The position numbers and the translations under genes are program-made. Shown here piece by piece: positions 17,934 through 29,443 of a stretch of 64,000 bases of DNA (positions are counted from its first letter, which is position 1; each line of letters starts with the position of its first letter). The notes under the pieces are model-generated. The model did not search any database, had not been told where the DNA came from, and saw only the letters and a list, made by a program, of their open reading frames with translations. The stretch lies in contig JAZKJH010000004.1 of assembly GCA_040384485.1 (NCBI GenBank), positions 5,928-69,927 on the forward strand, given 5' to 3'. The stretch comes from Patescibacteria group bacterium. Its GTDB lineage: Bacteria > Patescibacteriota > Minisyncoccia > Phycocordibacterales > DATDWN01.

Positions 17934-19178
17934 TTATTTATTTTTCAGTATTCCAGCATAACACAAAAGTGTCTTATTTACCCAATCATCCGAGTTAAAT
18001 TCAGTTACAACTCTCGTGTAACCAGAAGTTCCGAATTGCAATGCTTTTTCAGTGTTATTAATTAAATCAACAACCCTTTCTACAACAACTTCAACATTAG
18101 ACGGATCCACAATATAACCATTCAGGCCATCTATTACCGCTTCTTTTGTCCCTCCGAATACTGCTCCCACAATTGGTTTTTTGGATGCCATTGCTTCTAG
18201 ATTCACTGTTGGAAATGGGTCTAAGTATCGTGAAAGAACTAGAACAACATCAGAAACTCGGTATACATACTTCATTTCCTCCCTGGATACCCAGCCTGTA
18301 AAAACTATTCTGTCCTCCACCCCCATCTCTTTTGCTTTGTGCAGAATCTCCTCTGAAGACTTACCTTGTTCACCTGCAACCAGTAAAACTGTGTTTTGCA
18401 CATTGTCTGAAACTTTTTTCAAAACTTCGACCGTAGTCATGCTACCCTTTGCAGATGAAAGTCTCCCACCAAAAAACAAAACTTTTTTACCGTTTAGCTG
18501 AAGTTTATCTTTCGTCTGCTCAATTTTTTCACCATCTACCTGCCACTCACTGATGTCGATACCATTATGCAAAGTTTCTATAGGTTTTACTCCATTACTC
18601 TCTAAAGCCGTCTTTAAGGCATCACTTACAGCAAATATTTTATCTGTATATTTTAAATAATGCTTTATTAAGATATTCCGGAAAGGGTTGTAGAAAAACC
18701 TGTATTGAACTAGTTGTTTAAATGGTGTTACTTTCTCCAAAACTACACCTCCCTTGTCATCCACTATTGCCCCTAGTTTTCCATAATGAAAAGACATAAC
18801 GTCATGCATAGTCAAAAACACTGCTTTTGAAAACTCTTTAGCTAGTTTTAAAACAGCATACGACAAATGCGTATGGATATTGTGTGCATGAACAACATCG
18901 GGAGAAAACTCTTTGAGTATCTTTTCAACTTCTACAAGAACACCTTTGTTATATAAACTTTTATACGCTCTCCAACGCATATCATACTTACTGTATATTT
19001 TATAAACCCCTAGTGCCCCAAAACTAGATAGACCTGACTCGTGAGACTCATCTGTAATGGTCACGACCAAAACCTCATTACCTTTTTCCAGTAACTTTTT
19101 AGCTAAATTGTATGCAATAATCCCTGCCCCACCAAAACTCTTTGGAGGAAAATCATCAGATAAAATAACTATTTTCAT
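17934..19178 (-). CDS. Glycosyltransferase family 4
   Basis: FPPKSFGGAG, GRLSSAKG, DPFPTVNLEAMASKKP. Confidence 0.92.
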   Translation of the reverse strand: MKIVILSDDFPPKSFGGAGIIAYNLAKKLLEKGNEVLVVTITDESHESGLSSFGALGVYKIYSKYDMRWRAYKSLYNKGVLVEVEKILKEFSPDVVHAHNIHTHLSYAVLKLAKEFSKAVFLTMHDVMSFHYGKLGAIVDDKGGVVLEKVTPFKQLVQYRFFYNPFRNILIKHYLKYTDKIFAVSDALKTALESNGVKPIETLHNGIDISEWQVDGEKIEQTKDKLQLNGKKVLFFGGRLSSAKGSMTTVEVLKKVSDNVQNTVLLVAGEQGKSSEEILHKAKEMGVEDRIVFTGWVSREEMKYVYRVSDVVLVLSRYLDPFPTVNLEAMASKKPIVGAVFGGTKEAVIDGLNGYIVDPSNVEVVVERVVDLINNTEKALQFGTSGYTRVVTEFNSDDWVNKTLLCYAGILKNK

Positions 19179-19179
19179 T

Positions 19180-19824
19180 TTATTTTTTTAAAACTACACA
19201 CCACCCTATTGCATGTTTATGATTTGCAATACTTTTATCAAAACTATCCAACCAAATAGATCCTATTCCAATAACTTTTGCAAATTGATTAAAAATCCTT
19301 CCAAGCATTGGTTTTTTGTATAAATGTAATAAGTCTATAAAGTATCTGATGACCATTTGTGAAATAGTGCTAAAAAATCCCCCCCTTTGCTTACATTCCA
19401 CCACCGTAAAGCCAGCGTCACTAAAAAGTTGATTCAAACCAAATTTGGTATACCTATAGAAGTCATACGGTTCTTCATGAAGCTCGTTCATTTGCGGAAC
19501 AGTAACCAGGTCGTGTCCGCCAGCCCTTAAGACTCGATAAATCTCTTTTGCACATAAATGAGGTCGGGCTAGATGCTCGAATACTTGTGTGCAGACCACA
19601 GAGTCAAAATTATTATCAGAAAATGGAATATTCTCCGCAGAACCAACAACATCCACATTTGGTCCTTCTGCAACATCCATCTTGGTATAATTAGAGCATT
19701 TAAAGTGGTTACTGTATCTGTCATTACCCCCAGCACCCACATCCAAAACATCCCCTCTAATATAGTGAGACGCTTCAATTACCTGTTTTTTAAGTAAAAA
19801 CCTGTCTGGTTGAAAAATATACAT
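19180..19824 (-). CDS. Class I SAM-dependent methyltransferase
   Basis: VLDVGAG, FDSVVCTQVFEH, HEEPYDFYRYT. Confidence 0.9.
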   Translation of the reverse strand: MYIFQPDRFLLKKQVIEASHYIRGDVLDVGAGGNDRYSNHFKCSNYTKMDVAEGPNVDVVGSAENIPFSDNNFDSVVCTQVFEHLARPHLCAKEIYRVLRAGGHDLVTVPQMNELHEEPYDFYRYTKFGLNQLFSDAGFTVVECKQRGGFFSTISQMVIRYFIDLLHLYKKPMLGRIFNQFAKVIGIGSIWLDSFDKSIANHKHAIGWCVVLKK

Positions 19825-19836
19825 GGATTCTATTCA

Positions 19837-22278
19837 TTATTTCTTATACTCTAACCTTACATTATGCTGCCCAGAAGATAAAGGGAGGCTCATATATATA
19901 TAATTGGCCCTCTCTGGTACAACCCTCTCTCCATCTAGATACGCTTCCCAGTTTGGAAGCCAAGTATCTCCTATCAAAAATTGAACATCAATTGGAGTAT
20001 CGATAAAAAACTCTTTTATATCTCCTACTTTGGTTGGCTGAATTTCTTTTACAAAGGTTGACTTATACGTGCCAATGGTTTCACCTGACTCAACAACAAC
20101 CACTGGGTTTTCGGACTTTAAGATCACTTCAGCTTGTTCTAAGAACTTAGTATTTTGGGGAATACTTACGACCCGGTCAGTAATAAAATATCTAGGATAA
20201 GGATTTCTCAACTCGTAAATATATATAGGGGTTTTACATTCACCTAATTCGTCAAAGTATACTTGTATAAAATCACCATCAGTCACCTTATAAGTTGTTA
20301 AAATATATTTAACATTCATTGCTCTATAAATATTCTTCCTATCCACAATCTTCTTTGTTTTTTCCTCAAATGAAATATTCTCTCCAGACAAAACATGATC
20401 TGATGTCACTGCAAAACGTGACCCTACGAATCCTATCATTTCAGAAACTCTGACAGGGGCATATGGCTCGTAACCATCAGCACTCTCCAGTCCGTATAGA
20501 ATATGAAGATCTGGCTCAATCAATTCCCTCCTCAAAGCAAACTCTTCATTTGAAACATCCCAATTACCTAAATCTCTAAAACCACATCTAGTTGACTCAT
20601 TGTACATAGTCTCAGACATAAGTGGAGAGAAAATACGGAAAGGTGTTGAAGATTCGAGGGATTTAATAAACTCGGCAGTTTTTGGTGCATTAATAATTTC
20701 TGACTTCGGAACTCCGACGATCCTATGTACATACACTAAAGAAAAGTTACTGACAGCGATAAAGACGGCAAGGGAGGTAAATATAACGAATGACAACTTT
20801 TTAATATTTCTAATTAGGAAATAAGAAGCAATACCTGCTGAAATTAAAATGATGATACTGTAATTAAATATATAAAACTGATCAAGAGATTGATTTAAAT
20901 ATGTGTTAATAATTTTTTGATAGTGCTCAATCGGAAAACCTCCTGTCGTTTCACTGTATAAATTATTTATAAAGTAATCTCCTAAAAAAGTTTCTATTTT
21001 TTCAAAAAATAAAATATTTACAAATGAGAATAGTGTAATTAGTGGCAGGAAAACCCAAAGAAACCCTCGCTTTATCCACAAAGTCATCCTTTCAATCTTT
21101 GGATATAATTCCTCTCTATTCCTCCACAAAGCGTCCAAAGTCATAGCCACAACAACTCCGAAAGCAAAGTCCCCGATAAACATCACTCTAAAAGTTTCCC
21201 TGAACGAATCAAAAAATGGAAGCTGGTGTAGTATAAAAGCTAAAGGTGAATACTGGACAGACAAAGTGAAACAAGAAACCAGGGTCCAAAAGAAAAAATT
21301 AAAGTATGGAGTTTTTTTTAAGTGCCTCCAGTTTGCAAAAGTCATTGCAAAAACAAAAAGCTGCAAAATCCCGACATAATTTTGAAAGCTTTGTGATAAC
21401 GATATGTATGGGAACTTAAACCAAGGTAAAAAATAATAAATTAGATGGTGTGGCCCGTATGCATAGGCTGTTGCCTGACTGAGGGAGACACCCTCAGATC
21501 TTGCGGTCATGGGTAAAAAGTCCAAAACAGCTTTAATTTGAGGCCACCCTTCTATCAAAGAAATTAATACAACTAGTACAAATAGACCAAACTCTAAAAA
21601 TAGAACTCTGAATATTGATCCATTGAGACTTCGTTTATAAACAAGATATAGCCAGAATGAAAAAGTTAAAACATAAAGGTAAACTAAAAATTGAACATGC
21701 CCAGAAAGCCAACCATAACCCAAAACTAAACCTAGTAGGATACATAAAAATACTCTCTTTAAAACTTTCGAGTCAACGATATGGTCCACCAAATACAAAG
21801 ACAATGGCATCAAAAAATAATAATTAGTAATTATTATTGTCTCAGACCACAACATCACTTGGCCAGCAAAAATAAAAGTTGTAGCACCAAATATTGAAGA
21901 AAAATGACTCACTCCTAAACGTCTGATAAATAGGTACGAAAAAACATAAGCCAGAATCATATAAGTAACATCAAGAAATCTCAAAACATCAAAAGCATCC
22001 ATAAAAGAAAGGAGTGCTTGGTTGATAGGGTTAAACCAAGTTGAGGAGATCGAAACATACACTGGAAATCCGGATAAAATGGACTTGCTAATTAACTCTG
22101 TTGAGCTCGAAAGGAAGTTAAAGTATGGTGAATAGGTTAAAAGGAAATCTAAATGTGAAAAAACCTTTGATTGAAAAATAACTTCTCTAAAAACTAATAA
22201 AATCGCCAGGACGGGAGCTAAAAAAATAATAAATTTCGTGGCTCCCTCAAAACTACAAACTTTAGAAAACTTCTTCAT
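19837..22278 (-). CDS. YfhO-like GT-C membrane glycosyltransferase
   Basis: Many TMs, SGHVQF, YVGI, GYEP, C-terminal WEAYLDG...RANYIYMSLPLSSGQHNVRLEY typical of YfhO. Confidence 0.8.
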   Translation of the reverse strand: MKKFSKVCSFEGATKFIIFLAPVLAILLVFREVIFQSKVFSHLDFLLTYSPYFNFLSSSTELISKSILSGFPVYVSISSTWFNPINQALLSFMDAFDVLRFLDVTYMILAYVFSYLFIRRLGVSHFSSIFGATTFIFAGQVMLWSETIIITNYYFLMPLSLYLVDHIVDSKVLKRVFLCILLGLVLGYGWLSGHVQFLVYLYVLTFSFWLYLVYKRSLNGSIFRVLFLEFGLFVLVVLISLIEGWPQIKAVLDFLPMTARSEGVSLSQATAYAYGPHHLIYYFLPWFKFPYISLSQSFQNYVGILQLFVFAMTFANWRHLKKTPYFNFFFWTLVSCFTLSVQYSPLAFILHQLPFFDSFRETFRVMFIGDFAFGVVVAMTLDALWRNREELYPKIERMTLWIKRGFLWVFLPLITLFSFVNILFFEKIETFLGDYFINNLYSETTGGFPIEHYQKIINTYLNQSLDQFYIFNYSIIILISAGIASYFLIRNIKKLSFVIFTSLAVFIAVSNFSLVYVHRIVGVPKSEIINAPKTAEFIKSLESSTPFRIFSPLMSETMYNESTRCGFRDLGNWDVSNEEFALRRELIEPDLHILYGLESADGYEPYAPVRVSEMIGFVGSRFAVTSDHVLSGENISFEEKTKKIVDRKNIYRAMNVKYILTTYKVTDGDFIQVYFDELGECKTPIYIYELRNPYPRYFITDRVVSIPQNTKFLEQAEVILKSENPVVVVESGETIGTYKSTFVKEIQPTKVGDIKEFFIDTPIDVQFLIGDTWLPNWEAYLDGERVVPERANYIYMSLPLSSGQHNVRLEYKK

Positions 22279-22283
22279 AAAAT

Positions 22284-23423
22284 TTATTTAACACCGTAGT
22301 AATCATTAATTAATTTTGCCTGAGAACGGATATCATGTTTTTCAGCCCAATTTTTGCAATCCTCAACTTTTATAGCTTTATTATCGATTATTGAATGAAT
22401 CCTTTCAGCAACATCTTCTGCTTTAAATGGATCTACTACATATCCACTTACCCCTTCGAAAATCGCATCTACTGCACCAGAATTTAAGGACCCTATTGTT
22501 GGGACACCATATGCATTGGCCTCAAGATACACAAGCCCGAAGCCCTCTACCGAGAATCCGTCTTGTATTGGTAACATCAAAAAAAGATCTGAATTGGCAT
22601 ATAAATACTTCAACTGCGACTCAGTCACCTTACCTAGCACCTTCACTTCTTTTTCAAGACCAAGTTCGCTTATTTTATGTGTGACTTGTTTTAGATATAT
22701 ATCATTATCCTTATAAGGACCGGCAATATTATACACAAAATCAGACCCATATTTATCCTTATACTTCTTTATAGCCTGTAGGGACTCAAGAACACCTTTT
22801 CTATTTTTTATTGCGCCTACAAATAAAATAGATTTGATGCTTGTATCCTTTGTCTCAGTTAGTTCATGTGAAAAGTTTTCTAAATCAATCCCGTTTGCGA
22901 CGACTACAATTTTACTTTGATCAAACTCTACTCCATAAAAATCTTTATACTGTCTTAGTAGATATTGCTTAGTGAAAAAACTAACGGAAATGATGGCATT
23001 AAGCTTCTTATAAGCCTTTTTTATTAACACACCCGAAATAAAATTTTTTATCCTTTCTCTTACAAAAATACTTGGAATAAAGGAATAAGTACCATGAGCA
23101 GTCAAAAAAACCTTGGTAGAAGGACTAATTCTAAGAAAAGGTAGGATCATCACATATGGTTCAGCAATAAAATGGACCGCGTCTGGCCTAAATGAATTTA
23201 TTATCTTTTGAACCCTCAAACAAGAAGAAAATATTTTAAATGGACTTACGATACTGTGGGCTGAATGTAGTATCTTATTTTGAGAAACTTTTGACTCCTT
23301 ATACGGCTCAAAACATGCAACCAGAACCGTATTATTTTTTGAAATCTCATTAATAATACCACTACTGTACCTACCCCAACCATCTTTTGGCTCTAAACTA
23401 CTTGTAATATAGAGTATCTTCAT
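22284..23423 (-). CDS. Glycosyltransferase family 4
   Basis: FVGAIKNRKG, EGFGLVYLEANAYGVP. Confidence 0.93.
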   Translation of the reverse strand: MKILYITSSLEPKDGWGRYSSGIINEISKNNTVLVACFEPYKESKVSQNKILHSAHSIVSPFKIFSSCLRVQKIINSFRPDAVHFIAEPYVMILPFLRISPSTKVFLTAHGTYSFIPSIFVRERIKNFISGVLIKKAYKKLNAIISVSFFTKQYLLRQYKDFYGVEFDQSKIVVVANGIDLENFSHELTETKDTSIKSILFVGAIKNRKGVLESLQAIKKYKDKYGSDFVYNIAGPYKDNDIYLKQVTHKISELGLEKEVKVLGKVTESQLKYLYANSDLFLMLPIQDGFSVEGFGLVYLEANAYGVPTIGSLNSGAVDAIFEGVSGYVVDPFKAEDVAERIHSIIDNKAIKVEDCKNWAEKHDIRSQAKLINDYYGVK

Positions 23424-23433
23424 ATAAGGAATA

Positions 23434-25107
23434 CTAAGGCAAAATTTCAAAAATAGCTAGATTAGAATCGTTGTATACCTCCTTTATCAAAACCTCTTTC
23501 GATAAGGAAACGTTGGATGAACTTCTTAGATCCATTATCAGATACTTTACGTTGTATTTCTTCAGCCAAAAAGAAACATTATTTTTTATATCATTATTAA
23601 ACCTATCTTCCATATCAATAAATACGTCCTGCATGACTGGACCTTTTAAAGCCTTACCGGCCCCGCCAAATAACTTTACATCCTTCTCAAAATCATACCT
23701 ACTCATATCCCCAAACATAACCCTGGAAACTAAATATCTATCTTCAAGTTCCCTATCGGAGACCATCTGCAGAGCACCGGACGGATGAAACAGTACATAA
23801 TGTTGAGTCATTATAGGAATATAACCTGATATTCTATCATCAGCCCAAACAACAGAAGGACTCGATATATTATCTTTTAGCCATTTCAATCCCCCTGCGT
23901 AACCTTGAATATTTATTGAGTCCATTTTATCCATCCTAAAAAAAATAAAAGCTCTTGGGATATTCCTATACATCGCAAAAAAACAAAGTAAAATTAATCC
24001 TCCTAAAATAATCTTTTTATATGCATTAATTCCAGATACACTACTTCTGTAGCTTTTAATTAAAATAGACAAGTAAACAAAAAAAGTTAAAGGAAACCAC
24101 CATGTTATAAAACGTCCAATATGGTTTGATAACTCCAGCTCCTTACCTGTGACAACATTACTTCCAGCTGTAATGAGAAGTGCAGCCCCTGTTATAAAAA
24201 AGAAGTGGTGGGTTCTTATGTTGTCGTTTGATTGGAAACTTGAAATCCATTTTTTAGACAAAAACCAAAGAAACAGAATTATTACAACCCATCTTCCATA
24301 GAAAAATAAATCCATTCTTGGTATATGCGTAGAGAGAAGTCCAATTCTATGTATGGTCTCTGGATATGATGAATTAGATACTTGTAAATAGGTCACAAAC
24401 AAAAAAGGCACAGAGAATACTAGTATAAATAAAAGTAGCTTAAACAAACGTTTAAACGATAGCCAGTCTTTAAGAATCAACAAATTAACCAAAACTAGTG
24501 CAAAAGTAAAAAATACTATTTGGGCTAAGTAAGTATATATGTATATACAATACAAACTTGAAATAATCAGAAATATAGTTTTTTTCTTATTTGTTCTATC
24601 ATTACTCCAAACAAATAAACACAAGAGAAACAGCGCATAGCCAGGAAATATAACCTGCATAGCGACTGGACGAACAAATAGCCAAAAAACTTGTAAATAA
24701 GTCAGGAAAGAAAAAATAGAACTTTGAACTTCACTCACATCCAGACGTCTAAATAAAAAGTATAGTATTAAAACAAAAATTTCAGACCAAAAAATTATGT
24801 TGAACACAACACCAAAAGTAAAGGATAGGTTCAAAATAAATGGAATAGAAGCAAACCAATCGCTAAAAAAGAAAGCTGGTGAAATAGACTGCTTATGTTC
24901 AATAAAATACGGGTTTCCTATAAGAGGATTGCCACGAACAACATCTTGGACTCTGGCATAGTAATAAGAACTATCTTCAATATAATCTGGAATTATCCCC
25001 CGCCATTCTGTACCCACAGCATTCTTAATGTGAAATACTGGAATCAAAGATGTTAAAAAAACCAGCCCAAGTAAAATATATAAATAAAAATTATGATTTT
25101 TTTTCAT
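23434..25107 (-). CDS. Polytopic membrane protein, probable GT-C glycosyltransferase
   Basis: EDSSYYYAR...GNPYFIEH first loop, many TMs, WLKDN..VVWAD soluble tail; paralogous to the next gene. Confidence 0.65.
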   Translation of the reverse strand: MKKNHNFYLYILLGLVFLTSLIPVFHIKNAVGTEWRGIIPDYIEDSSYYYARVQDVVRGNPLIGNPYFIEHKQSISPAFFFSDWFASIPFILNLSFTFGVVFNIIFWSEIFVLILYFLFRRLDVSEVQSSIFSFLTYLQVFWLFVRPVAMQVIFPGYALFLLCLFVWSNDRTNKKKTIFLIISSLYCIYIYTYLAQIVFFTFALVLVNLLILKDWLSFKRLFKLLLFILVFSVPFLFVTYLQVSNSSYPETIHRIGLLSTHIPRMDLFFYGRWVVIILFLWFLSKKWISSFQSNDNIRTHHFFFITGAALLITAGSNVVTGKELELSNHIGRFITWWFPLTFFVYLSILIKSYRSSVSGINAYKKIILGGLILLCFFAMYRNIPRAFIFFRMDKMDSINIQGYAGGLKWLKDNISSPSVVWADDRISGYIPIMTQHYVLFHPSGALQMVSDRELEDRYLVSRVMFGDMSRYDFEKDVKLFGGAGKALKGPVMQDVFIDMEDRFNNDIKNNVSFWLKKYNVKYLIMDLRSSSNVSLSKEVLIKEVYNDSNLAIFEILP

Positions 25108-25108
25108 G

Positions 25109-26854
25109 TTATTTTACTTTATATATAACCAAATCCACACCAGTATAAACTTGTTCAAAAAGATGTTCATTAAATGACCAGTTTGGGTTCATCATTTGGT
25201 CCCAGACTAAATAATCCAACTTATACATACCAAATATCTCCTCCCAAGGCTTATTATAGAAATCTTCATACATTTTCTTCATACCATCTGGATATATTCC
25301 TGTCATATAGTCTCGCAATAATATATTAACCTCCTCGTATTCGTAACCTCTATTGTTTTTTGTTTCAGGTTTATTCACAACAGGAGGATGAAAATATGAT
25401 TCATTTTTTATATCAGTTGGTTTTACACCGTTAAGACGCAAATATAAAAATAACGCGTACTTAGTTCTATCAACAGGTGTTAAGTATGCTAATGTAAAAT
25501 AATTCCAAGAAACATCTGTTGTAGTATAAGCTGGGATTTTCAGTGATAACTCATTATTGGCCAAAACCACATCATTCTTTTCACTATTTTCATTTAGCCA
25601 TTGAAACACATTTGCATATCTTTGCTCCTTAAATACTTGTGATGACCAGTCATTATAAAAGTTATACTGACCTGATATGGAAACAATAAAAGATAGAACA
25701 ATAAAAATTATTGGAATAGAAAGATATAAAAATTTATATCTCTTTTCAAAAAGCTTATGACCAACCCAAAAAAGAACCATGATATATATCGGGGTATTAA
25801 AATACCAGTGATAATGCCCCTCTTGAACACTAATCCCTGTTATAACTTGTTGGTTTATAACAACAAAAGCTGTCAAAAGGGTTGAAGTTAAAAAATACTC
25901 ATTTACCCCCTTCTCTCTCCACTTAAAAAACATATAGATACCGAAGATAACTAGGACCAAGACCCCCAGTACACTGAAAACTGGAGTTCGACTATTTACA
26001 ACATTTGAAATTGGTGCCAAATAAACATAGTTCTCGTGCAGCAAGAGTTTAACTAAATTAATTATTGCAAGGGATCCAATTAAGATACCCGCGATCATAG
26101 CTGCAACTATTCCAAACGCATCTCTATTTCTTTTACAAAGCAAAAAAAGGATAAAACATACTACATTTATAGCGATAAAAAAAGTAAAAGTATAAAAATA
26201 TATGTAGAATGAAAATCCTAAAAATAAAGCAAGAGCTACCGATAATTTATTGCTGGGCTTTCTAAAAACAGATAGCAACAAATGCAAATAACCAACAAAA
26301 AAAATGCTGCTGAATGCAGGGTTCACTGGCCTTGCATACATATTTGCAGGAAAGTTTTGAAAATTAAAAAATAGAATATCTTTAATCCCACTAGATGTTA
26401 AAACCGTATACCCAAGAATTGTGGTAATAGAAAAGCCAAGTGACCAAAGTTTATCCTGGGTAATCCTAAACATTAAAAAATAGAACGCTAAACACAAAAT
26501 GATTGGTAAAATAAACTTATATATTAGATTGACGCTAGGCACCGAACCAACTCCGAATACTAAGGGTAGGGAGAGAAGTGACTCAGATATTGTAAAAGAG
26601 GACGATGGAGAGAGCCCCTTACCTTCAAACAAAAAGGGGTTATTTAAACTTCTAAAATCCAAAAACTCCTGCATCCTAGCTAGATAATGCTCCTCGGCGT
26701 CCATCTTCATTATATAAATGCCATTATATTCTTCTCCAAGGTTAACCACGGTAATAACCTGAGGGAATACCATCACAAAGCCCACCAAAACAGAGAGCGT
26801 AAAAGCCCAGACGTGATCTCGTAGAGTATTAATAATTTTATCTTTTATATACAT
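25109..26854 (-). CDS. Polytopic membrane protein, probable GT-C glycosyltransferase
   Basis: DAEEHYLAR...NNPFLFEG loop, ARPVNP, WLNEN..DVVLA tail. Confidence 0.65.
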   Translation of the reverse strand: MYIKDKIINTLRDHVWAFTLSVLVGFVMVFPQVITVVNLGEEYNGIYIMKMDAEEHYLARMQEFLDFRSLNNPFLFEGKGLSPSSSFTISESLLSLPLVFGVGSVPSVNLIYKFILPIILCLAFYFLMFRITQDKLWSLGFSITTILGYTVLTSSGIKDILFFNFQNFPANMYARPVNPAFSSIFFVGYLHLLLSVFRKPSNKLSVALALFLGFSFYIYFYTFTFFIAINVVCFILFLLCKRNRDAFGIVAAMIAGILIGSLAIINLVKLLLHENYVYLAPISNVVNSRTPVFSVLGVLVLVIFGIYMFFKWREKGVNEYFLTSTLLTAFVVINQQVITGISVQEGHYHWYFNTPIYIMVLFWVGHKLFEKRYKFLYLSIPIIFIVLSFIVSISGQYNFYNDWSSQVFKEQRYANVFQWLNENSEKNDVVLANNELSLKIPAYTTTDVSWNYFTLAYLTPVDRTKYALFLYLRLNGVKPTDIKNESYFHPPVVNKPETKNNRGYEYEEVNILLRDYMTGIYPDGMKKMYEDFYNKPWEEIFGMYKLDYLVWDQMMNPNWSFNEHLFEQVYTGVDLVIYKVK

Positions 26855-26855
26855 T

Positions 26856-27581
26856 TTATTTTTTAGCAACAACCACACACGAAACCCCAAATGGAAACGT
26901 GACGAAATTAAGCAAAAAAAGTTCCGATCTGAAAATAAAATACAACATTGAATTCAATAAGCCACTTCCAGTATGATTCTCAGATGAGATTTTTAATCTA
27001 AACAAGTTTGTAATAAATCTAGCTAGCAAGATAGGTGGAAAAAGTAAGAAGTTGAAATAGGAAGAGTATAAAACCTTAAAATTCGTACTTTCTGCAGCCC
27101 TAATTATCTCAGGCTTGGTATATCTTCTAAAATGCTGACTAACAACATCCGTCACTCCCCATAGAAAACTAAATGCCGGCACAAAAATAATAACTACTCC
27201 GCCTGGTTTAAGAACTCTGTATATTTCTGAAAGCCCTTTTTTATCATCAGGGATATGTTCCAAAACATCCAAGGCTAAAACTAAATCAAAGGTTTTGTCC
27301 TCATGAAGGAGTTCTTCCATGATACTTCTTTTTATATTTTTAATACCTCTACTTTTACAGAAATCTACAGCTTGTTCTGAAAAATCTACACCGAACACCT
27401 CGCCATAAACTTCTAACTCTTTCATTAAGGCACCGGTACCGCAGCCAACATCAAGAATGCTCAAATCATTACGACCTGCAAAATACTCATTTATTAATTT
27501 ATGCACGAATTCTCTCCTTACTCTATACCACCAGTGAGTTTTTTCAGAATCGTAAAGTGTTTGATAATGATTAATTTGCAT
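26856..27581 (-). CDS. Class I SAM-dependent methyltransferase
   Basis: HWWY, ILDVGCGTG, LDVLEHI, HFRRYT. Confidence 0.92.
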   Translation of the reverse strand: MQINHYQTLYDSEKTHWWYRVRREFVHKLINEYFAGRNDLSILDVGCGTGALMKELEVYGEVFGVDFSEQAVDFCKSRGIKNIKRSIMEELLHEDKTFDLVLALDVLEHIPDDKKGLSEIYRVLKPGGVVIIFVPAFSFLWGVTDVVSQHFRRYTKPEIIRAAESTNFKVLYSSYFNFLLFPPILLARFITNLFRLKISSENHTGSGLLNSMLYFIFRSELFLLNFVTFPFGVSCVVVAKK

Positions 27582-27585
27582 AATT

Positions 27586-29442
27586 CTAATTTCTTATATA
27601 CTTATTATACCAAAGTTGAAAAACTAAAAGATTCCATACTTTCTTTCTATTATCCATCTTTCCATCAAAATGGTCGTGTAAAAGCCTATCTATGTACTTA
27701 TGATTAAAAATACCTGTACTCTCAATATTCTGTTTGGACAAGGTCTCTAATACAAAATCCTTCAAATCTCGCTTAATCCAGGCTGAAATAGGAATACCGA
27801 AACCTTTTTTACCTCTGTTTATAATGGACGGGGGTAACTTACCTGACATTAATTTTTTAAGAATAAATTTAGTCATCAATCCTTTGATTTTATAGCTATA
27901 CGGTAAGGAATTAGCGAACTCGACAATTTTATAATCCAAAAATGGTGAGCGGGTTTCGAGAGATGCTTTCATACTAGCCCTATCTACCTTTACCAAGACT
28001 TCGTCCATCATATATGTTTTCATATAGGTAGCTAAAAGTTTGTTGTCTTCCTCTTGAATAGCTATACCATCTTCAACTGACTCCACCCACTTAGTTAATG
28101 GAAAGATTTCGTTGTTGTTAATCAACAAATCTTTTAACTCATTGCCGTCAAATGTACCTAACCATTTTTGATGCATAACAAACTTGTTTGAATCCAAACC
28201 ACCTACAAATTTCCCCAATTTAAAACCTAAACCAAAATTTTTATCATTTGAAGGAATAGAATAAATCACTCTTTTTAAAAATGCCTGGATAAGTTGAGGT
28301 AACTTCATATACCAAATTGCCACCTTGTCAGCTTGGAAGGTTGGATATCCAGCAAACAACTCATCTCCCCCATCACCACCTAGTGCAACTGTTACAGAAT
28401 TTTTCGTAAACTTCGACAGTAAATATGTAGGCACAATTGACGCATCCGCCATCGGTTCATCTAAAATATCACTTATATTCTTTATTAAATCTAAAGCTTC
28501 ACTTTCTCTAAAAAATACATGATGATGTTCCGTTCCAAGATGCTCTGACACTGCTTTGGCATACTGTGACTCATCAAAACTCTTTTCATCAAATCCTACA
28601 GAAAATGTATGGACTTTCTCTTTACTGCTTTTCTGTGCATAGTAAGCAATGGTAGAACTATCCAGTCCCCCACTCAAAAATACACCTAGAGGAACATCTG
28701 ACACCATGCGACTTTTAACACTGTTGTGAAGTAATGCATCTAATTTTGAAACTGCATTCTTGAAACTGATGTCTGACACAGAGCCTTCCATTTTCCAAAA
28801 AGTATCTTTACTCAACGAACCATCTTTGCATGTCAAAATAGTTCCAGGCTCTAACTTAAATACATTCTTATATATTGTTCTAGGTGTGGGCACATAGTCA
28901 GTTTGTAAATACAAACTCAAAGACTGCATATCTATCTCCTTTTTAAATAGTGGGTGTTGTACTAAAGACTTTAACTCTGACCCGAACAAAATTGTATCTC
29001 CATATTTAGCCCAATAAAGTGGTTTTTTGCCAAGTCTGTCTCTAACAAGTAGCAACTTTTTTTCCTCAAAATCGTACAGGGCCATGGCAAACATACCATT
29101 TAGCATTTCAAAGCATCTGTCTTTATACTTTTTGTATAGAGCGATAATTACTTCTGTGTCCGATGTTCCCAAAAAATCATATTCACCCGATAAACCAGCT
29201 CTTAGTTCTTTAAAGTTATATATCTCACCGTTGAAAACTATTCCCACCTTCTTATCGCTTGAGAACATAGGTTGGTGTCCTGTATCGCTCAAATCGATAA
29301 TACTTAGCCTCCTGTGTCCGAGACCAACACCATCTTCATAAAAAACACCGCTGCTGTCAGGTCCTCGGTGAACCAAGACATCCGTCATTTTTTTTAAGTC
29401 CTCTTGTGCGCCCGCTCCAACAAAACCAGCTATTCCGCACAT
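27586..29442 (-). CDS. asnB: Asparagine synthase (glutamine-hydrolysing) family amidotransferase
   Basis: MCGIAG, HRGPD, HRRLSIID, FNGEIYN, LSGGLDSS, GDGGDELF. Confidence 0.95.
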   Translation of the reverse strand: MCGIAGFVGAGAQEDLKKMTDVLVHRGPDSSGVFYEDGVGLGHRRLSIIDLSDTGHQPMFSSDKKVGIVFNGEIYNFKELRAGLSGEYDFLGTSDTEVIIALYKKYKDRCFEMLNGMFAMALYDFEEKKLLLVRDRLGKKPLYWAKYGDTILFGSELKSLVQHPLFKKEIDMQSLSLYLQTDYVPTPRTIYKNVFKLEPGTILTCKDGSLSKDTFWKMEGSVSDISFKNAVSKLDALLHNSVKSRMVSDVPLGVFLSGGLDSSTIAYYAQKSSKEKVHTFSVGFDEKSFDESQYAKAVSEHLGTEHHHVFFRESEALDLIKNISDILDEPMADASIVPTYLLSKFTKNSVTVALGGDGGDELFAGYPTFQADKVAIWYMKLPQLIQAFLKRVIYSIPSNDKNFGLGFKLGKFVGGLDSNKFVMHQKWLGTFDGNELKDLLINNNEIFPLTKWVESVEDGIAIQEEDNKLLATYMKTYMMDEVLVKVDRASMKASLETRSPFLDYKIVEFANSLPYSYKIKGLMTKFILKKLMSGKLPPSIINRGKKGFGIPISAWIKRDLKDFVLETLSKQNIESTGIFNHKYIDRLLHDHFDGKMDNRKKVWNLLVFQLWYNKYIRN

Positions 29443-29443
29443 C